A stretch of DNA of 64,000 nucleotides from Octopus vulgaris (lineage: Eukaryota), in assembly GCA_951406725.2 (NCBI GenBank), contig OX597816.1:146258001-146322000 (forward strand), written 5' to 3'. Within the stretch, counting starts at the first letter, position 1, and every line of letters begins with the position of its first letter. The notes beneath the pieces were generated by a model. The model searched no databases. It was not told the origin of the DNA and saw nothing but the letters and a program-made list of their open reading frames with translations. Shown here piece after piece: positions 1-10,875 of the stretch. The position numbers and the translations under genes were made by a program.

Positions 1-157
1 CTTGCGTGCAAGGAATCCTATGATGGATACCTCTTGTGTGTTTAAATATACACTGTATTTGAATCAATAACATATAGTCTATTGACTAAATGTTTACAAG
101 CTAGGCCACTGATAATGGAAATTTCAAATATTTCTGATTACCCTTTGATATTATTAA

Positions 158-194
<37 letters not shown>

Positions 195-934
195 ATGTCT
201 GCATTTTTAGAGATGTGCTATACTCTGAGGACAAATGTAGATATAAACGTTTATCGTTCCGTATATGTGTGCGTGCGTGCGTGTATATTTTTATACATTT
301 ATACATACATATATATATCCGTGTATCTCAATGTTTGTATGTAGATAATTGATCGAAATATTCAATTTTATTCTACTCTTTGTCGGATTTACTTTGTCAT
401 TTTTTCTATGTTCTATTCATATATTTTTACTTCTCTTTATCTTGCTTATACGATCGATGTATGTTCAATATGCATCTATTCTCATGACTATTATATGTTA
501 TTCGTCAATAGCTAAGTAAATTTTCAAATTGAGCTCCCTTTAAAGTGATTCACTTTGGCACTATAATTACGTTTACTTCTCTCATCCTTCTCAATCTATT
601 TACTTCATTTAACCTAGTATAAATTCTGCCAATATACAATCATTTTTCGCTACTTACATCACAAAGAATGTAATGAGTTTAATTAATCCTTATGTAAAAA
701 CCATAGTAAAATGTGTTTATAACATAAATTTGACATAAATCTTCCATTACATTGTTATATTGTCTTCTCATGTGTGCATATGGATACATGTCTTAATCGT
801 CGAAGGAATTTATATAAAACGATATGAAGCAAAATACAGTTCACACTACGAACGGGACTTTTCACTCCAATATTTATGATATTATTTATATAGCCTTATG
901 CAATGTGCTTCGAGGTGGTCTATTTCCAAGAAGA

Positions 935-1330
935 GATATTTATTATTTTTATTTTTTATTTTATCTAGTTTCAGCTCACGAGCTGTGGCCATGCTGGGGC
1001 AACGCCATTTGGTGTTGCTACATGATTGTACTTCACGAGAGCTTTTTAGCAATTGCCATTTGGTGCATGAGAGAGTTCGATGCAGCTGTCCTCATCTGCA
1101 CCTCCTGCCGTGAAGTTGGTTATTTTACGAGCATTCGCAATTTATAAAATTCTAATAATGTTTGTAATTTTTTTTCTTTATAGCTTTTCGCATCCACCAT
1201 CTTAGCCTACGACTGGAATTTGTAAATATATGTGTAAATTACATCTCTTTAGTTGGTATTTTCCTGAGAAGCCACAAGCGGATCTCACTCAGTGTAGCAA
1301 AATACTAACTCCATCAAAATCAAAATAGTG
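935..1330 (-). mobile_element. Decayed 3' end of a CR1/L2-like LINE
   Basis: Minus strand shows AKMVDAKS (similar to the CR1 terminal VV.A.S motif), then a 3' tail ggcgttgccccagcatggccacagctcgtgagctgaaactagataaa shared with SINE family B. Confidence 0.5.
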
Positions 1331-1398
1331 TGGACATGCGCGCGTGTACATATATATATATATATATATAGGAAAAAAGCAACAAGAATGGATTAAAA

Positions 1399-1487
1399 TC
1401 TCGGTACGATCGTTTCGTACGAGTACATCTTTAATAAGCTACAAAAAATGCAGTGAATACAGATGGCTCGTACTCGTCAGCCGAAAA
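1399..1487 (-). ncRNA. Type I hammerhead ribozyme, copy in the ORF-sense 3' pLTR
   Basis: Reverse complement of 3982-4069; the single difference is outside the catalytic core. Confidence 0.9.
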
Positions 1488-2146
1488 AATATCAGAGAAT
1501 TCCCAAACATCAAAAGGGGTAGATACAAAAGAGGTTGTAAGATTAACTGCATTGAAGAAAGTTCGATTCATGGAGATCCGATGAAAGGTTTTAAACCTAT
1601 AGAATTTATGCATGTCTACAATCTATTACTATTAATAGATTGTCAGGTTACAAAGAGGTCATTAGAAAGGAAAGAAAAATGGGGTTGTTTTTAAATGAAA
1701 TTAAACTATTATATTATTATTATACTAAACTATAATACACTACACTATATTATATTATATTATTTTGATATATTATATCACATCACAATACACTACGATA
1801 GGTCTGGTATTAGCAGAATTAATTTTTAAAAGTTTAAAAGAAATTAAGAGAATTAACTAACTAATATTTGTAATGGGATAAAAAATAGACTAAGAAATGG
1901 AGATAAAAATAGAGCAAAATTTAATTTATTAATAATATGGTCCAATAGAAATAAATCAAATAATTTAACTCAATAAGTATGAAATAGTACCATCAGAGAG
2001 AGAAAAAATTTTAATCATAGCTAGTTAGAACTTATCTTTCCAGTTAAATATATAATATACTATGTAGGAGTGATATGTAAGTCAAAATGAATTTTATGTA
2101 AAATGATTCCAGTATACAGTTATCAATTGAGATATGATTTAAAATA

Positions 2147-3477
2147 TCATTTAAAATATTTAAGAGTCTTAAACTGAGCATGTATACAAGATTTTCCAAG
2201 TTCAATTCTGTTGTTTAATTGAATTTCTCCATTATTTTTATACATTAGTATTTCAAATGCTCCATGGAGCAAAGTTGGCAGCCTACTCTGCTATTTTTAT
2301 AGGGTTTTGCTCTTCTGACTAATTCCCAATTAAGGTTATATTTGATATTATTGTTTTTTAGTTCCCAAATTTTACTAGAAAGAGTAGTGCTATCAGCCTT
2401 ATGACGTAATTTAAAAGATGAGAGATGGTTATTCAATCTCTGTTTAAAATTTACAGTGCATCCAACATAAGAGAAATTATTATCTGTGGTTACGGAGCAC
2501 TTATAGATTATGTTAATTAACCCGCATAAATCAGGGGCCGGGCATTTTGATTTAATTCTGCAGTTACATCTAGGGGCATTATAATTAGAGGTGGAATACC
2601 TTGAGGATAGAAGTTTTATATTACTGTTGCTCGAAGCAGAGCGGGTAAATTTATCATGATTTTGATTATTGTTATTATCTAAAAAAACTCTATCATTATT
2701 GTAGTTAATATTATTATCTAAAACAGTATTATCATTTATAGGTATTCCTACATTTTCATTTGGTTCTAAAGCCCTACTTTCATTATTATTATTATTATTA
2801 TTGGTGCTGCTATCTAAAATAATGTTATCATTATTGCAGTTGATGTTATCTTCTAAAGTAGTATTATCATTTGTCGGTATTCCTACACTATCGTTTGGTT
2901 CTATAACTCTACTAAAATTGCTGATATTGTTGATGCTATTAGTATTGTTGTCGATATTGTTATCCAGATGTGTAGTGTTGTTGCTGATAATGTTGTTACT
3001 CTCATTCACTGTACTTACATTCATGGTATTATTCCTATTACTAACATAATCATTCCTATTTATGTTATTATTGTTATTAACAATTCCATGGCTTTTGGTT
3101 ATATTTATTTTATGACATTCATTATTGTTATTATTATTATTATTGTTGCAATTATTACTTTTCGTACTGTTATTACAATTTTCCGTTGTATTTTTATTTT
3201 TATTTATTAAATTATTTCTGGCTAGTTTTATGTTATTATTATTGATCTTAGCTATTAAAGTGGACATATTTGGGAGAGTTGAATAAGAAATTCTGACTGT
3301 TTTTTTAGAAATAATTTTATGATATCTATGAGAGGATGGGAAATTATTTTCTAGAATTGTTTTGAATCTACCCTGAATATCTGATGAAACCGCACAGTTA
3401 AAAGGGATGTTTAGCCATATTATGTCTTTCTTATTAAATTTTTTATAATTAGAGTTTGTGATTCTTGAATATTTCAT
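2147..3477 (-). pseudogene. PLE ORF remnant: RT C-terminal region, Asn-rich linker, GIY-YIG endonuclease (Naiad-like motif set); frameshift near 2261
   Basis: Motifs IIWLNIPFN...ISYSTLPNM, CNCRIKSKCP, IIYKC...SYVG, FKQRLNNH, TLSSKIWELK, CQLC. After a 1-nt shift the frame continues AFEILMY...LNNRIELGKSCIH to a stop at about 2147. Confidence 0.85.
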
Positions 3478-3981
3478 TAACTACCTGAACCACTACAATA
3501 TAAGACTGTCATTTTTGCTTCTCATTCGGACTCCCTGATATTTTCGCATGATTGTACCCCAAATCTCTCCACAAAACTGGATTACGAACTATAAGGACAT
3601 ACACAAATTTTGTAAGTTCAAGACTTTTTCATCGGATCTCCAAAAATCGAACTTATCTGCGATTCTTGTAAATTTCAATAACAATCTGTTCCTCTACACG
3701 ATATGACAGTCACTATGTTTTTACTCAGACTTTCCTCTACATGATGTGGCAGTCACTTTGCCTCTTACTCGGATTTTCAGAAATTTTGCATGACTGTATC
3801 CGAAAATTTCTTCATACAACTTGATCAAATATTCAATATGAGCTATATGTAGACATGCATAAATTCTATAGGTTTAAAACCTTTCATCGGATCTCCATGA
3901 ATCGAACTTTCTTCAATGCAGTTAATCTTACAACCTCTTTTGTATCTACCCCTTTTGATGTTTGGGAATTCTCTGATATTT

Positions 3982-4069
3982 TTTCGGCTGACGAGTACGA
4001 GCCATCTGTATTCACTGCATTTTTTGTAGCTTATTAAAGATGTCCTCGTACGAAACGATCGTACCGAGA
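3982..4069 (+). ncRNA. Type I hammerhead ribozyme in PLE pLTR
   Basis: tttcgg-CTGACGA-gtacgag...ctcgtac-GAAA-cgatcg-TA-ccgaga: full core, stems I and II, palindromic stem III, predicted cleavage after GUA at 4063. Confidence 0.9.
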
Positions 4070-4216
4070 TTTTAATCCATTCTTGTTGCTTTTTTCCTAT
4101 TTATAATCACCCCACTTGTCGTATGGTTAACACCATATAGATATCCGGTGCATCCTAGTTAAGGACCATATTCATGTGAATTCTTTAGAATTCACTAGAA
4201 TCTCAATTACTTAACC

Positions 4217-4275
<59 letters not shown>

Positions 4276-4285
4276 TGTGTGTGTC

Positions 4286-4336
<51 letters not shown>

Positions 4337-6374
4337 ATATAAGTGTGTGTGTCTGTGTGTCTGTGTACACACACATACATACACACACAGTCACACACAC
4401 ATATGCAGTAATTATCTGCATATTAATCTGTCGCAAACTATGTCCTAAACATTAGAGGCGTTTTCACATGCAAGAGAACTCCAATGGGGTTCACATGTTC
4501 TCACGTCACTCTTCATGAGAATTATTACTAGCCAAAATAAATACAATAAAATGAATTCACCGTTGACTTATGCCTTTGAATATTAATAGCGTCACGAAGA
4601 ATCTATCCATTGATCTCGAACATGATCGGAATTTTAGATTTTACTATCATATAAAACGTAGCCGTTTACCATATTTTCTTTTATATTAGTATATGTTTAT
4701 AATAAATTAGGAATTATTTATATTTATATTCAAGAATTAATAATGTACTAACATTTTTATTTATTATAGGGAAACCTCCATGAAACACATGCATATACCG
4801 TGTATATGTATTTAAATATATGAGTTTGTGTGATCTTTTTGTGAATGATGAACTAAAGGCCTGAATTCTGGCAATGTACCTAATTAGAAAAGCAGATTAT
4901 TTTCACCATTGTCGCGAGCATAGTTCGTTATTGCTCATTTGTTAAGCAGGGGAACTCACCTTTTATAATGAACGCGGCCTGTTACTGATTAAACTTATGA
5001 ACACCCACTTACATATACAATATGCAGAGACAGATATTCACTACTCTGAACTAAACAATCCGCTGTTAATATATTATATTTAAATGCATTGATGACTCGT
5101 TAAGATCCACACTACCTTATATTAACAATGAAAACATCCATTCGTATACAACATACGTCGTTTTTCACAGTGAACCATTTTATGATCCAAAATACAAATA
5201 GTAATACCATTGCACCTTAAGTCATAATAGTTCAACATTAAAATGAGTACGACACGTTAATTTATGAAATAGTAATGTTTTATCTTTATTCATCTCATAT
5301 TTACATTAGCTTTCTTACAACGTACGAATTAATATTGTACACTACACATATCTCTTACATATATCTTAAGAGATATTTCAATATCTCTTATGGTTTTCTA
5401 TATTTTTATCATTCTTCCATACCGTTGTATGTATTTAAATAAATATTTGATACATTATGTTCTAACATGTTTTCTGATGTCTTAAATTCCATAATTTCAG
5501 TTTATACATTGAAGTGCTTATTTTACAATTTTACTGCTCCGCTAATTAAGCAAACTTTCTAATTACTGATTGTGGTTTGTCCTCAGAATTATTACGTACC
5601 GATTGTCTTTTCATATAATATATGAGAAGATATATTATTATATGCCCATGGAAAATAATAAGATTTTTAAAATCTTAAGTCACGTACCAATCACCAGATT
5701 GGTCTTATATAAATTCACTCCCAATATTTTAACTTATTCACTTATAACCATTTCTATCAAACAATCTGTTTAATTTACTTGCAAAATCAGTTTACTACCT
5801 GTTCTGATGATGATTTTAGAGGGTGGCAATGTCTCTTTTTAAATTCTGGTTCAACGAGGCTTTTGTACAATTTCAGTCGCTTATGTTGTTATTCAATTAC
5901 ATTTATCTACTTATGACTTAAATATAATTATACCTTTACTGTTATATGTACACAAAATGAAGTGTCTATATATTCCATATGGCTCTACGTAGTTTGTTTA
6001 CAATTCTACTCGCTGTTTTTATTATTTAATTACGCATCATCTACTTTGTCTCACCCCAAATTATCTTTAATTCTATTTAATGATTAATGTTCACCTGCCA
6101 GGATTAACCCCTACGCATCCAATGACATTAGACACAGCCTCTTTAAAATAAACAACTACTGATGTTAAAAAAGGAATTCCAAAATTTTTCTGTGTTACGT
6201 ACACAATTATTGAGTTTTCAATTGAAATGTGCACATGTGACTTTTGATACTCTAATGAATAATCTATTTCTGTATTCATACATACATTCAAATATATATT
6301 CATACATTTATACATACGTACATATATTCATATGTATATATATATATAAATAGACATATATACGCATATGCGTA

Positions 6375-6439
<65 letters not shown>

Positions 6440-6440
6440 A

Positions 6441-6511
<71 letters not shown>

Positions 6512-6766
6512 TCATAATTGTGACGTAAATCAGTTTGATATGGCCGAATACACAGCTAGAGCCATTTCAATATGGCTCCTGGAAACTGGGCAACGTAGTT
6601 AAAATGTTATGAAAATGATATCAAAATATCAACGACAACATATACATCAAAATAAGGATTCCAGCATTGATCTTTGGAGTGCCTGGCTGGCCAGGAATTT
6701 TGTTGTCTCTTCCGGTCTTTATAGTATATCAAGGGACTAAATCAATATCGATAGCCGGAAACGGTG

Positions 6767-6831
<65 letters not shown>

Positions 6832-6965
6832 GTGTGTGTGTGTGTGTTTGTGTGTGCGTGTGCGTATGATCGTACGCCCGTACGCGTGGAAATATGCGTG
6901 CGTACACATTTGTCAACCGCGCATGAGTGTATGTGCGTGTATATACACACACATTTTTACTTCTA

Positions 6966-7245
6966 TACGTGGTCTAATCCATAAGTATCTGGACTGTTGA
7001 CATCGTAACGAAGATAAAGCGAGTAGCGTGAAACCGCTTAGCAAAGATTAATCGTGAAATCTGCTGTGCATGCGCTCTAAATTTTAATGTTCTAGCATAC
7101 ATCTGCAGTTTACAACAGTGCTTCGAATGAAGGTATGTAGCATGTGATCGCCGCGTTAAACATGACAGAGAGAGTTGAGCAGAGAATCTTAATCAAATTT
7201 TACCAAAAGCTTGGTGATACCTACTCAGCGGCCTATGCAAAGTTT
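6966..7245 (+). mobile_element. mariner 5' fragment
   Basis: TA followed by cgtggtctaatccataagtatctggact (TIR-like end); MTERVEQRILIKFYQKLGDT from 7162. Confidence 0.75.
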
Positions 7246-7254
7246 TCAAACACT

Positions 7255-7838
7255 TTTCATCATTCTCGACGCAATTAAAGATATCAATTGAAACGTGAGT
7301 GTCTTTTTGGTCAGCTTAAAAGCAGTTTAGGGCACAAATTTGACAGACATGCATCTCATACCCAAATCTTCATTGATAATGGACTGAACCGTAACTAATC
7401 ATCACGTCCTCTGATAATTCACGGATGGTAATTCAACGATTTTCCCCTCATAACAGCACGCACATTTGCGTGCAGCTGTGTTTCGCTCAGTTCTGCGGGT
7501 TGCAGGTCTCCATGAATGGTCGTGAATATCGACATTTTTTCGGATAACTTGGAAACATCTGAACTACTCGTACATCAGTGTGCGGCTCAAACATTCTTCT
7601 CCATACATTTTCTGCAAATTTGTGAAGACCTCTGAGCAGGTGTCGGCATAACAACTTCCTCTGTCTTGGTCAATGCGCGCTATACACCTTCTTTCCAAGC
7701 ACTGCTGGAAACAGCGGAAGTGAGCTAGAATGTTAACTGTGAGTGCACATGCACAACAGAGTTAAATGTCAATCATTTCCAAGTGGCTTGCTTCATTCTG
7801 CGTGCTTTATATTCGTTACTAAGGCAACAGACCTCGTA
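7255..7838 (-). mobile_element. mariner 5' fragment (second element, opposite strand)
   Basis: TA followed by cgaggtctgttgcc at the end; decayed GEECLSRTLMYE, ITIRELSEDV, EDLGMRCMSVKFVP. Confidence 0.8.
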
Positions 7839-7934
7839 TATATTAATATATATAACATAAAATATAAATGCGCCCTTTTTAAAATCTAGCCAGGCTCATG
7901 GGCCCGTTTTCCCGGATTCAATGTATATTTTCAC

Positions 7935-8389
7935 ATGTATTTTAGTTAGAATTTTGCTTGTTTTTTTATATTAATGCTATTGTTAGGTGTTCCAGTATTA
8001 TGAGTATTACATATACACCTATTAGTCCGTGTGGGAAAATGAATGGAGGCGTATCGTCGCCAACACTACTGATCACTCAAAACACTATGATGTTGACTGT
8101 ATGTTTGATTTTTATCACTCTCGATACATGTCCTCAGATTGCATTGACCTCAGATTGACAGTCAGACCCTCTGAAATGTTCATATTGGAACTTCCGGCGC
8201 GTATGCCAAGCAGTACAGCATGTTGTTTCCAAATTTCTGGCAGAGTGAACTGCGTAATAGTGCTTTTTTTTTCATAGATGGTGCCAAACTGACCCTTCTA
8301 TACTGGGCAGTCGACAAATCAAAAACAATCAATGCGCGTGCATGAAATTAAAAATATAAATTTACCACAATTTACCCATCTAACTCTGT
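7935..8389 (-). mobile_element. Tc1/mariner (maT-like) 5' fragment
   Basis: TA followed by cagagttagatgggtaaatt at the end; QFTLPEIWKQHAVLLGIRAGSSN; homologous to 25941-26190. Confidence 0.7.
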
Positions 8390-8462
8390 ATATATATATA
8401 TATATATTTGTGTGTGTGTGTGTATGTATATTTATGTATATGTATATATATATATATATTAT

Positions 8463-9211
8463 ATAGAGGGTACTATTATTCATAGGTACCGCACGCTAGG
8501 AGGGACTCTTGCAGTTAGAACTACTAAAATAAACAAATTGTACCAAATGCAAAACTTCAAAGCAAGTCATTTAAAAACAGAATTTAGTTACATATCACCT
8601 GTGATTTCGCAATCAATGCAGAATATGCATTCTATGCTCTTCAGTGCAACGAACTCAAGACATGTAAGGAAAAAAACACAATACAGCATACCCGACAGCC
8701 AACCGTAGAATTCGTCGTAGCATGTACGAATGTTTCTCTTTACATATCTATGAAAATGGCGGGCTTATTCGCAATGCATTTCGGTAACATTTTAGTAGTT
8801 CTGACTGCAAGAGTCCCTCCTAGCGTGCGGTACCTATGAATAATAGTGGTGGTGACCCCCTTCGGTCAGACACTGACCATGGGTTTGCACCTAGTGAGTT
8901 ACCCTCTAAGGCACAAGTCTAGGCAAGGTTGTTTTATGGAAGACCAGCAGTCGCCCATGCATACCGGCCTCCCTCTCCACGTCAGCGATGTTGTCCAAGG
9001 GAAAGGCAAGGGCCGATACAGCTTGGCACCTGTGACGTCGCAACTCATTTCTACAGTTGAGTGAACTGGAGCAACGTGAAATAAAGTGTCTTGCTCAAGA
9101 ACACAACTCGCAGCCCGGTCCGGGATTCGAGCTCACAACCTCACGATCGTAAGCTCGACGCTCTAACCACTGAGCCACGCGCCTTCACTATGAATAATAG
9201 TACTCTCTATA
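8463..9211. mobile_element. MITE with ~65-bp TIRs, right TIR split by a SINE
   Basis: 8463-8530 is inverted relative to 8790-8847 plus 9202-9211; TA-rich flanks. Confidence 0.85.
8848..9187 (-). mobile_element. tRNA-derived SINE family C, full length, 14-bp TSD
   Basis: A box TGGCTCAGTGG, B-box-like GCTCGAATCC, CORE/V-like ttgagcaagacacttt. TSD ctatgaataatagt at 8834-8847 and 9188-9201. Confidence 0.9.
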
Positions 9212-9322
9212 TGATATAAATAAATATTTTCAAAGTGGAAAAATTTACAGATTTTTTCTCTTACGAGGTTTTTCACGCTAACTACTGATAATTTCTTATA
9301 AAGATTTTATCCTTAATTTTAA

Positions 9323-9425
<103 letters not shown>

Positions 9426-9882
9426 TATACATATAATATAAAAATAACAGGAACCAAGAGGTGGAACGAAACGACGAATCGGAACGAACCTGACGCGGGG
9501 CGCTGTCAGACAATAATGTGATAAATAAAAATATATGCATACATACAAACATATATGTACGTACCTACATCTACATGTATATATACATGCATATATAAAT
9601 AATTATACGTGAGTACAGGACACCACAATAAGACGTAGAAACGGGAAAATAAAAAAAAACAAAAAACAGGAAAACGAAAAAACAAAAAACAAGAAAACGA
9701 AAATATATATATATATACACACAAGGTGGAATGTGTAAATTGTCGCTTATTTGATTTGCAAGTGTGTGCATGTAGTTTAGATAAGGAGACCATAGTATGT
9801 GGGAAATAGAAAGAATGAGAATAATATGATCAATTAAAAAACTACCAAGGAATGCTGTCTTAAATGATGAATTATGATAGGA

Positions 9883-10875
9883 GGTTGTACCAAATTTGAG
9901 ACTATGGCCCTCAGTGTCTACACTCTACAATATACTGGACGAAATAGACCGTACAGTGTTATTCATTCATGAATCTATCCTACAATATATACAATGTCGT
10001 ACAATGTCGTACCACTTATACACGTCATTTAAACGTAATGATCCTCCACTAAAACTCTGATACCAAATGATGTTACTACTCTCTTTAGTTTTCAAAGGTA
10101 TTGTCTAAATATGTAACCAGCAATCAATTGTTTCGTGTGGGTGACTAAAATGTACTCAATCTCCTTGAAAGATAGCTTGGACGTGAGTTTTAGCATGAGA
10201 AATTAGATTAATACCACGTCCTCATCGTCACAGATCTCCTTCATATAAGTTTTAATGATAATACGCTAAGTTAGAACATGTATTGGTAAGATAACCACTT
10301 TAATATAGTAGTTGCCTGTAATCATTTTCAAAACGATTTTTATTTTAGGACACTGACCTGATGTCAATAAGTTGAAAGCGATAGAATTGGTTTCCCATCT
10401 ATTACATCTGTGCGTTAGTGAACACCAGCAGTGTGTTGGGGCAGAGCTTTTGTCCCTCATTGTATCCCTAGTGGCGAGTGGAATGTTCATTACATTCCAT
10501 CGCATTATTTGGTGAAGTAGTCGTGGGCATGGATATGTTTATTTGAAATTGAAATGTTTTATGAAAGTAAAATCCCACATCATGTTACCAAGTTACCAGG
10601 TTAGGGCTGATAGCTAGTCTTACTAGAACGGTTCGGCTATTTCCTTTCCTATCATAAGGATTAGTCGCATCTTATTAGTTAGAGGCACTGTCGTTGCACT
10701 TTTAACTATGTGTTTTTTATGTGACAGCCTTCTCAAATGATCGTAATCAAATGCGACTTATGAATGCGTATATTGTAGGATAGATTCATGAATGAATAAC
10801 ACTGTACAGTCTATTTCGTCCAGTAGATTGTAGAGTGTAGACACTGAGGGCCATAGTCTCAAATTTGGTACAACC
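9883..10875. mobile_element. Non-autonomous DNA transposon with 107-bp TIRs (possibly Merlin-like)
   Basis: 9883-9989 is inverted to 10769-10875, starting GGTTGTACC. An internal Cys/Trp-rich remnant lies on the minus strand at 10380-10520. No TSD seen, so the superfamily is tentative. Confidence 0.75.

Larger units (their letters stand above)
1368..4217 (-). mobile_element. Penelope-like retroelement (5'-truncated, with inverted pLTR copy), bounded by (TA)n on both sides
   Basis: 1368-1620 is the reverse complement of 3848-4100 (one mismatch seen). Between them is a GIY-YIG ORF, and each repeat carries a hammerhead. Both outer ends abut (TA)n. Confidence 0.9.

Noticed and set aside
2245-2580. 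Selenocysteine recoding, reported for some Naiad PLEs
   Set aside because: Conserved Cys positions are ordinary Cys codons with no in-frame TGA; the early stop is TAA after a frameshift.
1431-4037. Identical 60-aa ORFs at 1431-1613 (-) and 3855-4037 (+)
   Set aside because: By-product of the inverted pLTR; overlaps the ribozyme and has no protein motif.
9105-9185. tRNA-like sequence on the minus strand
   Set aside because: It is the head of SINE C, continuing into the SINE body and bounded by TSDs.
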